A stretch of DNA of 64,000 bases from Tubulanus polymorphus (taxonomy: Eukaryota > Animalia > Nemertea). A program made the translations under genes and the position numbers. The first letter of the stretch is position 1; each line of letters starts with the position of its first letter. Where the stretch lies: contig NC_134026.1 in the NCBI RefSeq assembly GCF_964204645.1, positions 12,829,950-12,893,949 of the forward strand. The letters run 5' to 3'. Shown here in pieces: positions 25,860-39,149 of the stretch. The notes under the pieces were generated by a model that made no database searches, was not told the origin of the DNA, and worked only from the letters and a program-made list of their open reading frames with translations.

Positions 25860-26345
25860 TGATGCAGTTGGCGGCCATCTTGGTGTCATCAGTACTCATT
25901 CGTAGGTGGAAAAAAGTATTTCCACATTATATTGATACCTAAGCATATTTTGTTACCACAATCAATTGGAAAGTTGTAGCTCATAACGTGTTCTATGAGA
26001 TCATTAGTTTTTTTCATTAGTTTTTATATATGGCCACCAGGGGGCATTGAACATGCAATAACTTAGTATTTCTATATTATATTTGTACCTATGCATATTT
26101 TGTTACCACAATCAATTGAAAAGTTGTAGCTCATGACTTGTTCAATGATTGTGGTGGGTTTCAAGGTCATTTGTTACTCCATGTAGTCACCAGGGGGCGT
26201 TGAAAAGTAAAATAGCTTAGTATTTCCTTATTATATTGGTACCTAGACCTATTTTGTTACCATGATCAATTGCACTGTTGTAGCTCATAACATGTTCTAT
26301 GAATGAAGTGAGATTCGCGGTCATTGGGCTTAGCCTATGTTCACC
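25860..26345 (+). repeat. Tandem repeat of about 155 bp (HINE internal array)
   Basis: Three units of caccaggggg..ttgaa...ttagtatttc...tgttaccac.atcaattg..gttgtagctcat. Confidence 0.75.
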
Positions 26346-27228
26346 AGGGCAGACCTGCTAATCCCCATGGTATTTCCGTATTTGGTACAGATTTTAATAG
26401 CTAAATACGGAAGTACGGATGGTCCATATAAACTATGGTTTTTCATATGTTCTTTTCAAAATACGGATTTGTTTTATCTTCCTGTATGAAAATACGGCTA
26501 AAGTATATCATCACATCTGTGAAAACGGTTATGAACTTTCAAAAGCGGGAGTACGGGTTTGTTTTCTTCTACTGCTCGCAAATCGGGTCAGAGTATTGAA
26601 TATATGGCAGTGGCATACACGTGCGTCCATCTCTTCTTTCACTGCATTGCTACTGTGTATGATCAATATAATCTCTTTACACACACTATATACACACAGT
26701 CACTCGTGACAGCATACCAATGCTCACATATGCGTGTACGTTATAATTACGTTTTCATACCGTGTTTGAATGAAAAGTTTTTATAATAAATAAACTTTCA
26801 ATGAATATTTTATCGTTTCCTGAAAAATACTAAGTAGTAGACAAGTATGAATAAACGTCGTGATAAATATTTCTTCAGCTGGTAAAACCTGGGGTTAAAG
26901 ACTCATTGACTTATATGTGGTTTTTACTGTATTTCGTGTGGCCAGGCTTTTTTATTTTGAAGGTAGGTTTAATGTTGGAAGGCGAAATAAAAATGAAAAT
27001 GAAATTGTTTTTTTGTATTTTCTTATGAAACGATTATTTTCCTGACTTTATTAATAGACATTTTCACCCTTGGGGAAAACCCACTACTCAACCTTTCATC
27101 ACCCGATAGTGGCAGCACCTGCCTGATTGATACCTTTTCCATAATACTTAGTAGATTCACTCCTGGGAAAAGATCGATATTGCTAAATTAATGCTACATT
27201 TTGAACATTATGTCTGGGTTAATTGAGG

Positions 27229-29012
27229 TTTTTAGCATTGGTTGATGTCTATGACCTCATGCCATTGCTAGTAGAATGGATCGAAAGTCGTAGTCGAAAA
27301 AAGCACTGACTTCTCATTTTCATAGTTACTTCAAATTGTAACTACGTTCCCGTAAAACAGAAGACAGAGCTGAAAATGACTCAAAATAATTTTTCAATTA
27401 TTCCCAACAAGATTGCATTGCCAGATTTCTGATTTAATGGCCAAAAAAGTTATTCTATCGCATTTTTCTCATTAGTTATCTGGTGGATGAGAGGGGGTTA
27501 TGCAATCGGCTAGTGATATGTCCGCATTGACATTGGCAGTAAAGAATGGGGAATGGCCTCTTCTGAATAGAAAAACATGAAATTATGTACCTCCGATTTA
27601 TAAATATCATAGTGTTTTAATATCACTGTTATTCCAACTATCAGTATTCATCGGATTAATTGGGATTAATTTTCGGCGTCAGAATACGTAATTCTAGAGC
27701 AGTGGTACAACAGGCCTTCTCTTGACTGAAGCCCGTACAGGTAAATTATGTGATTGTGCGGGAACGCCTTTACAAAAGTTAAAACCATTTCATGATGTCA
27801 CGAAACATTAAATGGTAAACGGTAGGCTAACACCATGATATGATTCCACCAATGAAGACGGATAATTTTATTCAATTTTACCATAGTTGTTTATAGGGGG
27901 TATATCATTGTTAAAGTATGCCGAGAACGACCATGTTGTATCATCAATCAGTTGACTGACAGTTTATTGTAAAATTCCATCGGTTCAGCTATATTCTACA
28001 ATAAGTTTTCACTTTAAGATGCCCAACCCGCCTCCGGCGCACTCACCAGGCGGTAGCAGCCACTCAGCAGATAGATTCGCTTTGAAATGCACGCTGGAAA
28101 AAAAACTTTTATCTTTTCCACGCATTGAACACCATAACAGTGATTAAATTTCAACATTGTTTGTCGTGAATTGCAATATGCGATGGTTATTTGCCGCTAC
28201 TGTAGTTCTTTTCGGAATTCAATCCAGCGGCTTCGGTAGCTCAGTGAGGTAAGGCGTGATGCTGTTGCATGCACTATCTGTGCTGAGTGACAAGTGGGTT
28301 CGAGTCCTGCTGACTGCTTACAACACTTGTGTGCAGGCAACACTTCAAAGGCCGTCCAGTCGTGAGGTTAAATGAACAAAACAATAGGGTTAAAAACTAA
28401 GGTCCGAACGACGTAAACAATCAAAAACAGTCAAACAAGCAATCATCAGCCTGCCTCAATAGTGACACCAATGCCGGCATTGCTCTCTGTGCGACGTTTT
28501 GATGCGTACATTAGTCCGCTTGATCTATAACTATTATGCAACAGAGTATTTTGCATTCAGAAAAATCGTTCTGTTTTCGTTTTCATTATTCAGCAATAGG
28601 GCATAACAGTTCATGCAAGGAAAACCACAGTCAGTCGAGATTACCCTTACAGTTGTATGTTAAATACGAATATTGTGTAGACGAAACTAGTGCCGAAATT
28701 GTTGTATTAAATAAATGGGTTTTAGTATATAAATCTTGATTGATATAAATCTCTTAGCTGGGACATGATGGAAAACATCAGAATAAACTAGTTTCCTCCT
28801 TAACAAAATAGCATTAACAAGGTTAAACAATACAAATAGTATAGGCTAAATCGTTCAGCAGAAAAATGAAATTCATTTCAATTCTTAGTCTGTGGTCCTC
28901 CCAATCAACATCGTCATAGAACATTTTCCGGCAGATGTAAAGCATTAACCACTTAATACCTTACCACAGTATAATCTTCTGTAAATGCTTCAAGGCCCAT
29001 GGGCCGCTTGTT
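27229..29012 (+). mobile_element. About 1.8-kb HINE-like family D element carrying a SINE (copies at 32273-34056 and about 60233-61925)
   Basis: Head tttttagcattggtt...ccattgctag; 3' subTIR accaatgct (clear at about 61893), hairpin ggcccatgggcc, then cttgtt. Confidence 0.75.
28227..28445 (+). mobile_element. tRNA-derived SINE (copies at 33271-33489 and about 61206-61430)
   Basis: A box tagctcagtgagg, B box ggttcgagtcc (28297-28307), non-tRNA body, 3' gacgtaaa plus (AAAC)n-like tail. Confidence 0.75.
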
Positions 29013-30047
29013 ACCCTCCGATCCTCAGATTTTGGAACTCATTGGCAGGAAGAGCAATGAAAAATTTAAAAAGTAAACAACATTCAATTTTATTTTTTTG
29101 ATTAATTCTGTTTTCTGATACTAATGATACTCTAAAGGAAAGTACTGATTTTATGGCATAAAACTACTGTTGCTTAATCGGAAGCTACTGACGGACATTC
29201 ATTAAAACTACTCATGTGAGCTTAGTTTTACTGAGATAAATATGTAATACTACTGATGTTGAAATTTTATGGGTAAGCAGGTTTGATACCATATTAACTA
29301 TTTTGAAACTTGTTACATCGCTACAATGTAACTTTCTGTAAAACATTGAAAACTAGATCATTCTTCTTCTACTGCGTCATGAAGGTATAAGGCCCGTGAG
29401 CCTCTTGTATTTTTATTTACCTTTGTCAGCGATATGAAGTTGGCATTGAGCCAATTCATGTAAAATCGTAGTACATTTTTTGTGTGAGCATATGTTTTAT
29501 TGGTTGTCGGCCTAAACGATATATAATCGATGCGATTGAATACATGGCGAACCTCCATCGATGACATGGTCAACTTTGTTAAAATTCTACAAAAACTGTT
29601 TTTGGCGGGAAAATTCTTAGCTCTTGTGTATTAAATTGCAATGACCTTTATTTGGGGGTGTCGTCTCTAGTATCGAATGTGATTGGCTGTTTCTGGGATA
29701 CACGGGGAATTCTGGCGCTACTAAAATAACCATGGGAAAGCTATGAATGGCGAACGTTTGATTGGACTAGGTGCCGTAAAAGTGCGAATTCCAAATGCTC
29801 ATTGCTGGTGAGAATATAATTATTTCACATATCCGCCATAGGTATTGTTTCATTTTAATCCCCGGGGATGGTTATGATTGTCATTGAAGTGTAAGAGAAC
29901 ATTCACTTACAGATAAGGCCTCCATGTGCGCGCAGAGTGCATTAGACTGTTACACACACAATTGTACAGTATACACTACTATATATAGTGCTACTGTAAT
30001 AACACTGCTTTCTGGCGCGTGCACGTTTGACATGAAAATACGCTTTA

Positions 30048-30588
30048 AGCCATCCCAAAATAATTGTCTGTTTGCCGTAACACCGACTCAAGTTTTCAGG
30101 ATGAATCGGTAGGAAGGTAGAAATTTTTTTTTGTAAAATTTTTGGTAAAAAAAAAAAGAATTTATCACCTTTTCTTACATGGAAACAATATCACGAATCT
30201 CGTCGTGCACGGGAAATTTGTGTTAAGCCTAGATTCGAAGAATAATTCTAAAATTATAACTTCGTCCAGAGCGTCATCTCTGTGTTCAAAATGAAATAGT
30301 ACATTGAATATATGCGCGCTACATTACCAGCTTAAATGTAGTCATTAAGAATGAGTGGGAGCTTATTGGAACACTGCCAGTTTCCTGAAAAATTTAAACT
30401 AGGCTACATGTCAAGGCATGTTTTCACACTTCAAACATACGTAGTTCATGCATCCGTAGTGGGTCTGCCGTTTTAATAAAGAATAAAATTTATTTCAATA
30501 AATCCCAGAAAAAAGTTTTCACTCGGCACCTTTGAAGTCGGGTCGGTCAGGTTAATGCAAATAAACAGACCATTATTTTGGGATGGCC
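30048..30588. mobile_element. Harbinger-type MITE (duplicate at 35092-35632)
   Basis: TIR (A/G)GCCATCCCAAAATAAT.GTCTGTTT; TTA TSD; empty-site paralogue at about 63850-63900. Confidence 0.8.
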
Positions 30589-31784
30589 TTATGAATAATC
30601 TTTTAAACTTTTATAGCAGAAGATGAGCGCTGTGTTTGATTTGTAGCAAATTGTAATTTCTTGTGACCTGAAAATACTTAGCAGCCAACTAGTTCTAGGT
30701 CTGAATATTTTAGTGGTAGAATCCAGGATTTTTATCGATCTACTTGCATACGCCGATATTTTACGGTACCGGTATTTTATCTTCCACAGCCATACATTGG
30801 AAGAGATTTCCAAGACTCAATATTCAGCCATCCTCCGATTGCTGACATCATATGAATTTTGTTCTAGAATTATTCATATTGTGAAAAATACTTTTTCAAA
30901 ATATTGGATAGTTTCCCTGCCGCGCCTATTTGTACCCTACTAAATGTTGTGCGTGGACCGTAAACAATGTATATCTTTGGTCTTATTTGACTACAAAATA
31001 ATTCTTTGAGAAAGTTAAAATACAATATAAACTTATAGAACTTTGAAGTCATGAATTAAAAAGATTAAAAGTAATGCAGTAAAGGCAGTAAAGCCCTTGA
31101 TCCAAACAACCTCTAGCTTTTTCAAGGTAAACTGCACTTTGCCCATGGGCAATTTATTCATACAATGGGAGCAAATTTTAATTTCATGGTTTCCAGAGCT
31201 AAGGCCCTTGTGACTGCAACTTAGCATATATTCATACATATCATTCATTGAAGCATTATCCATTCGCCAAATTGTAGTGAGCTGAATTTTGAAAATGGGC
31301 CTCGTTAAAATTGATAAGAGCTTTTTCGCGAAAATCTGAACGCAAAAATATCAGAAAGCAAAGACTCCTTTATGATTAGCTTAGCTGCAGAAATCAGCAG
31401 GTGTTCACGTGAACCCGTGGTATCGTATACTGTTTAATTTCGGGGTATTATTTTAAGATTTAAAATTGTATTTCAAGATTGATTTCTGTGAAGTTTTTAG
31501 AATTTGGTTTTTGGGAGGAACATTTTTATTTTTGCAGTACTGAAAATATCATTGACAATTATGCAAAGTCCAGAAAGAATAACTTTTTCACGAAATGCAT
31601 GGACGACCTTGATATGTTAATTAGCCATTTGCTCAAACCGCAAATTCAATCAAATTTCATTCTGCAAAAAATCTACTTTATTGAACAAGGTTAAACAGCA
31701 AATCCAATTTAATGTTGTTATAATTACGTTTTCATACCGTGTTTGAATGAAAAGTTTTTATAATAAATAAACTTTCAATGAATA

Positions 31785-34700
31785 TTATAATTACGTTTTC
31801 ATACCGTGTTTGAATGAAAAGTTTTTATAATAAATAAACTTTCAATGAATATTTTATCGTTTCCTGAAAAATACTAAGTAGTAGACAAGTATGAATAAAC
31901 GTCGTGATAAATATTTCTTCAGCTGGTAAAACCTGGGGTTAAAGACTCATTGACTTATATGTGGTTTTTACTGTATTTCGTGTGGCCAGGCTTTTTTATT
32001 TTGAAGGTAGGTTTAATGTTGGAAGGCGAAATAAAAATGAAAATGAAATTGTTTTTTTGTATTTTCTTATGAAACGATTATTTTCCTGACTTTATTAATA
32101 GACATTTTCACCCTTGGGGAAAACCCACTACTCAACCTTTCATCACCCGATAGTGGCAGCACCTGCCTGATTGATACCTTTTCCATAATACTTAGTAGAT
32201 TCACTCCTGGGAAAAGATCGATATTGCTAAATTAATGCTACATTTTGAACATTATGTCTGGGTTAATTGAGGTTTTTAGCATTGGTTGATGTCTATGACC
32301 TCATGCCATTGCTAGTAGAATGGATCGAAAGTCGTAGTCGAAAAAAGCACTGACTTCTCATTTTCATAGTTACTTCAAATTGTAACTACGTTCCCGTAAA
32401 ACAGAAGACAGAGCTGAAAATGACTCAAAATAATTTTTCAATTATTCCCAACAAGATTGCATTGCCAGATTTCTGATTTAATGGCCAAAAAAGTTATTCT
32501 ATCGCATTTTTCTCATTAGTTATCTGGTGGATGAGAGGGGGTTATGCAATCGGCTAGTGATATGTCCGCATTGACATTGGCAGTAAAGAATGGGGAATGG
32601 CCTCTTCTGAATAGAAAAACATGAAATTATGTACCTCCGATTTATAAATATCATAGTGTTTTAATATCACTGTTATTCCAACTATCAGTATTCATCGGAT
32701 TAATTGGGATTAATTTTCGGCGTCAGAATACGTAATTCTAGAGCAGTGGTACAACAGGCCTTCTCTTGACTGAAGCCCGTACAGGTAAATTATGTGATTG
32801 TGCGGGAACGCCTTTACAAAAGTTAAAACCATTTCATGATGTCACGAAACATTAAATGGTAAACGGTAGGCTAACACCATGATATGATTCCACCAATGAA
32901 GACGGATAATTTTATTCAATTTTACCATAGTTGTTTATAGGGGGTATATCATTGTTAAAGTATGCCGAGAACGACCATGTTGTATCATCAATCAGTTGAC
33001 TGACAGTTTATTGTAAAATTCCATCGGTTCAGCTATATTCTACAATAAGTTTTCACTTTAAGATGCCCAACCCGCCTCCGGCGCACTCACCAGGCGGTAG
33101 CAGCCACTCAGCAGATAGATTCGCTTTGAAATGCACGCTGGAAAAAAAACTTTTATCTTTTCCACGCATTGAACACCATAACAGTGATTAAATTTCAACA
33201 TTGTTTGTCGTGAATTGCAATATGCGATGGTTATTTGCCGCTACTGTAGTTCTTTTCGGAATTCAATCCAGCGGCTTCGGTAGCTCAGTGAGGTAAGGCG
33301 TGATGCTGTTGCATGCACTATCTGTGCTGAGTGACAAGTGGGTTCGAGTCCTGCTGACTGCTTACAACACTTGTGTGCAGGCAACACTTCAAAGGCCGTC
33401 CAGTCGTGAGGTTAAATGAACAAAACAATAGGGTTAAAAACTAAGGTCCGAACGACGTAAACAATCAAAAACAGTCAAACAAGCAATCATCAGCCTGCCT
33501 CAATAGTGACACCAATGCCGGCATTGCTCTCTGTGCGACGTTTTGATGCGTACATTAGTCCGCTTGATCTATAACTATTATGCAACAGAGTATTTTGCAT
33601 TCAGAAAAATCGTTCTGTTTTCGTTTTCATTATTCAGCAATAGGGCATAACAGTTCATGCAAGGAAAACCACAGTCAGTCGAGATTACCCTTACAGTTGT
33701 ATGTTAAATACGAATATTGTGTAGACGAAACTAGTGCCGAAATTGTTGTATTAAATAAATGGGTTTTAGTATATAAATCTTGATTGATATAAATCTCTTA
33801 GCTGGGACATGATGGAAAACATCAGAATAAACTAGTTTCCTCCTTAACAAAATAGCATTAACAAGGTTAAACAATACAAATAGTATAGGCTAAATCGTTC
33901 AGCAGAAAAATGAAATTCATTTCAATTCTTAGTCTGTGGTCCTCCCAATCAACATCGTCATAGAACATTTTCCGGCAGATGTAAAGCATTAACCACTTAA
34001 TACCTTACCACAGTATAATCTTCTGTAAATGCTTCAAGGCCCATGGGCCGCTTGTTACCCTCCGATCCTCAGATTTTGGAACTCATTGGCAGGAAGAGCA
34101 ATGAAAAATTTAAAAAGTAAACAACATTCAATTTTATTTTTTTGATTAATTCTGTTTTCTGATACTAATGATACTCTAAAGGAAAGTACTGATTTTATGG
34201 CATAAAACTACTGTTGCTTAATCGGAAGCTACTGACGGACATTCATTAAAACTACTCATGTGAGCTTAGTTTTACTGAGATAAATATGTAATACTACTGA
34301 TGTTGAAATTTTATGGGTAAGCAGGTTTGATACCATATTAACTATTTTGAAACTTGTTACATCGCTACAATGTAACTTTCTGTAAAACATTGAAAACTAG
34401 ATCATTCTTCTTCTACTGCGTCATGAAGGTATAAGGCCCGTGAGCCTCTTGTATTTTTATTTACCTTTGTCAGCGATATGAAGTTGGCATTGAGCCAATT
34501 CATGTAAAATCGTAGTACATTTTTTGTGTGAGCATATGTTTTATTGGTTGTCGGCCTAAACGATATATAATCGATGCGATTGAATACATGGCGAACCTCC
34601 ATCGATGACATGGTCAACTTTGTTAAAATTCTACAAAAACTGTTTTTGGCGGGAAAATTCTTAGCTCTTGTGTATTAAATTGCAATGACCTTTATTTGGG

Positions 34701-36763
34701 GGTGTCGTCTCTAGTATCGAATGTGATTGGCTGTTTCTGGGATACACGGGGAATTCTGGCGCTACTAAAATAACCATGGGAAAGCTATGAATGGCGAACG
34801 TTTGATTGGACTAGGTGCCGTAAAAGTGCGAATTCCAAATGCTCATTGCTGGTGAGAATATAATTATTTCACATATCCGCCATAGGTATTGTTTCATTTT
34901 AATCCCCGGGGATGGTTATGATTGTCATTGAAGTGTAAGAGAACATTCACTTACAGATAAGGCCTCCACGTGCGCGCAGAGTGCATTAGACTGTTACACA
35001 CACAATTGTACAGTATACACTACTATATATAGTGCTACTGTAATAACACTGCTTTCTGGCGCGTGCACGTTTGACATGAAAATACGCTTTAAGCCATCCC
35101 AAAATAATTGTCTGTTTGCCGTAACACCGACTCAAGTTTTCAGGATGAATCGGTAGGAAGGTAGAAATTTTTTTTTGTAAAATTTTTGGTAAAAAAAAAA
35201 AGAATTTATCACCTTTTCTTACATGGAAACAATATCACGAATCTCGTCGTGCACGGGAAATTTGTGTTAAGCCTAGATTCGAAGAATAATTCTAAAATTA
35301 TAACTTCGTCCAGAGCGTCATCTCTGTGTTCAAAATGAAATAGTACATTGAATATATGCGCGCTACATTACCAGCTTAAATGTAGTCATTAAGAATGAGT
35401 GGGAGCTTATTGGAACACTGCCAGTTTCCTGAAAAATTTAAACTAGGCTACATGTCAAGGCATGTTTTCACACTTCAAACATACGTAGTTCATGCATCCG
35501 TAGTGGGTCTGCCGTTTTAATAAAGAATAAAATTTATTTCAATAAATCCCAGAAAAAAGTTTTCACTCGGCACCTTTGAAGTCGGGTCGGTCAGGTTAAT
35601 GCAAATAAACAGACCATTATTTTGGGATGGCCTTATGAATAATCTTTTAAACTTTTATAGCAGAAGATGAGCGCTGTGTTTGATTTGTAGCAAATTGTAA
35701 TTTCTTGTGACCTGAAAATACTTAGCAGCCAACTAGTTCTAGGTCTGAATATTTTAGTGGTAGAATCCAGGATTTTTATCGATCTACTTGCATACGCCGA
35801 TATTTTACGGTACCGGTATTTTATCTTCCACAGCCATACATTGGAAGAGATTTCCAAGACTCAATATTCAGCCATCCTCCGATTGCTGACATCATATGAA
35901 TTTTGTTCTAGAATTATTCATATTGTGAAAAATACTTTTTCAAAATATTGGATAGTTTCCCTGCCGCGCCTATTTGTACCCTACTAAATGTTGTGCGTGG
36001 ACCGTAAACAATGTATATCTTTGGTCTTATTTGACTACAAAATAATTCTTTGAGAAAGTTAAAATACAATATAAACTTATAGAACTTTGAAGTCATGAAT
36101 TAAAAAGATTAAAAGTAATGCAGTAAAGGCAGTAAAGCCCTTGATCCAAACAACCTCTAGCTTTTTCAAGGTAAACTGCACTTTGCCCATGGGCAATTTA
36201 TTCATACAATGGGAGCAAATTTTAATTTCATGGTTTCCAGAGCTAAGGCCCTTGTGACTGCAACTTAGCATATATTCATACATATCATTCATTGAAGCAT
36301 TATCCATTCGCCAAATTGTAGTGAGCTGAATTTTGAAAATGGGCCTCGTTAAAATTGATAAGAGCTTTTTCGCGAAAATCTGAACGCAAAAATATCAGAA
36401 AGCAAAGACTCCTTTATGATTAGCTTAGCTGCAGAAATCAGCAGGTGTTCACGTGAACCCGTGGTATCGTATACTGTTTAATTTCGGGGTATTATTTTAA
36501 GATTTAAAATTGTATTTCAAGATTGATTTCTGTGAAGTTTTTAGAATTTGGTTTTTGGGAGGAACATTTTTATTTTTGCAGTACTGAAAATATCATTGAC
36601 AATTATGCAAAGTCCAGAAAGAATAACTTTTTCACGAAATGCATGGACGACCTTGATATGTTAATTAGCCATTTGCTCAAACCGCAAATTCAATCAAATT
36701 TCATTCTGCAAAAAATCTACTTTATTGAACAAGGTTAAACAGCAAATCCAATTTAATGTTGTT
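31785..36763 (+). repeat. 5-kb tandem duplication, copy 2
   Basis: Offset 5044; only one difference noticed (tccatgtg at about 29925 versus tccacgtg at about 34969). Confidence 0.97.
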
Positions 36764-39149
36764 TTATTGAGCAAATTTCAGAAAATTCAATTCTATTCCG
36801 CATTCAAATCAATAAGACCAAGGGAAGAGATTTATCTAAGGTATTTGTTCCTGTCAGCTCCAGTCGCTGTCTGTGCTACTTATGAAAACACGATTGAATT
36901 GTGTAAATTATTTGCCTGGGATTGACTAGTCTATCGCTGGGAGTTTATTTGGACAAAACCCACAGAATGCATCATTTGCTATTTTATGAAAAGTTGACAG
37001 GCTTGCCATGGTGCCCCTTGGGGCTCGTGTTAGAAGAATTAGGTAGTTATACAAATTAACCGACGACGAATTAAGTGAGTTTAACTGTGTGTATATATAT
37101 ATATATGTCAAAAAAGCTGGGTTGACTGGCATAGGCCTAATGCAACATAGTCAAAATATGTACTTGGCTACCTATATTCCAGAGGGAGTGGGTTGTTCAG
37201 TAGGGGCAATTATTAGGCTACTAATCACCTTGATCTTTCATATATATATTTGTATTCCCAAAGGGCCCACCAGCACTACGCTCAAAGCTCAAAGCTTTAA
37301 GCACACTCGAACTCAATTTCATTAGTCTGTTTATTTTACTACTAATGGGCGAATTGAACGGATGAAGCAAAAATATATTTCGTAATTTGTTTTTCGTTAT
37401 GGTGCGCAAAGTTGAAAGCTGTGGGTTTCATATTTTTTGAGAAATTAACCAAAAAGTCTCAAAAATTCGATTTATTTGAGCACATTTTTTATGCAGCATC
37501 TTTAACTGTCCAAAATAACACATGTGAAATTCAATGCTATTTGTGTCGGAAGAACTTTATCTCGTCAAGATCCGAAGCTTTTTTCGGTAGTTATGGGGCT
37601 TTCAAAGACGAAACCCCCCAAAATCTCGGTTATGTATAATTTGTGTTGAACTGGCTTGAATGACGTCATAGCATTCATTGAATATGTAAATGAGGTCGAT
37701 CAGCAGGTGCTAAGTAAAATGGCGGCACAATTGAAGAGGTTCATATTCATCATTTCTAGCGCGAATACTGATACTCACGGCGTATGATATAACGATTTAT
37801 TGTGTGGGATGTGTTCAATGATTCATCTAGTTTTGAAGTATAACTACACATCCATAATGGTAAAAATCTCTTTCTTCAGACATGATGTTTCATACAAACT
37901 CTTTGATTGTCCCCTGCGCGGCGTAAAAAATAAACTTTTTAAAGGGGAAATGGAATGACCATCCCTAATGTCAATCATCTGGTGAAAAAAGGTACAATTT
38001 GATAAGTGAAACATGACGAAAATAAATGGGATTATCGTAACACTAGCTCATAACTGTTTTCAATTATCACTTACCACAAACAGCATTCGAAACCTCTTTT
38101 TCAGTAATCTGTCCTGGGTGAAATTATACGTTTCATAAACAAAAATCACGACTTGAGGAAATGTACTGAGTGCCTATATTGTTATTGGAAAATTTAATTT
38201 TATAAGTCATGACATAAATGAAGAAATAATACGCAAATACTGTGCAATACCACAGTACCTGATCATTCAGTACATCATCATAATTATCAGAATCATGGCA
38301 CCCATGGTTTGCCTCAGTATCCTTGTGAGTTTCATCTGCAAAATTTTAAGAAATCATTAGTAATAGTATGCAGATAAGCCCCTTTCAAGGCTGGACAGAT
38401 AGTGATTTAAAAAGAGTTCATTGTGTAATCTAGGCCTACTCTAATTATTTAACCTATGAAAAAGCTAGGAATGGACATGTTGTACTTTGCAATGCATCAA
38501 TCATGAAATACTTTGCAATGCATCAATCATAAATGAAATAAAGTTTGGATGAATTTGATTTAATTGATTTGGTACACGCCACAGATTTTACCGATTACAG
38601 TACATTCAATTTATATCGTCGACTATAAATATTTGATGAAACGCAATGATACTCGCCTTGGAACTTTAATTCAAATAGCAGACAGACTGTTCTAACTTAG
38701 AAATAAAGCATGAAAATTGATTAAAACGGTAAATGTTTGCATGTGTGCCTGTATGCTTACTTCTAGTCCTTTGCTAACCGTAGTGGTTCGAATCCTGTAA
38801 ATACCTGATATTTTTTAAAGTCTTTTTTGATTATTTATATTTTTATAAACTCAACAGCGAATGCAAAAACATATAATAACCTTTTTATGAATTAAGCCAA
38901 ATGAAAATCTAAACTCTATAGACTTTCAATGGTTGAATGGACACTTGTACTTGGTTTTTGTACGTTACGGCCTGGTAGTGATCGAACCATCCATTAACAA
39001 TGTTATTCTGTTTTGAAAATATGTCTTGTAATGAGAAGAGTCATGTAACTATTCTTATTCCAAAGATGCATTTTATGACAAAATATATTCACAATCACAC
39101 ATGACATGTGCTCATGTGTTATTCACACAAGTGATGTGCTCCACAACAT

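Larger units (their letters stand above)
26741..31719 (+). repeat. 5-kb tandem duplication, copy 1
   Basis: Near-identical to 31785-36763; identical ORFs recur at offset 5044. Confidence 0.97.

Noticed and set aside
28227-28315. tRNA gene (also at 33271 and 61206)
   Set aside because: A and B boxes are present, but there is no convincing acceptor or anticodon stem, and it continues into a body and an (AAAC)n tail. It is a SINE head.
28536-36738. Pairs of identical small ORFs as a duplicated gene cluster
   Set aside because: They lie in repeat-derived sequence and recur only because of the 5-kb duplication.
38778-38800. B-box-like ggttcgaatcc
   Set aside because: No properly spaced A box or cloverleaf upstream.
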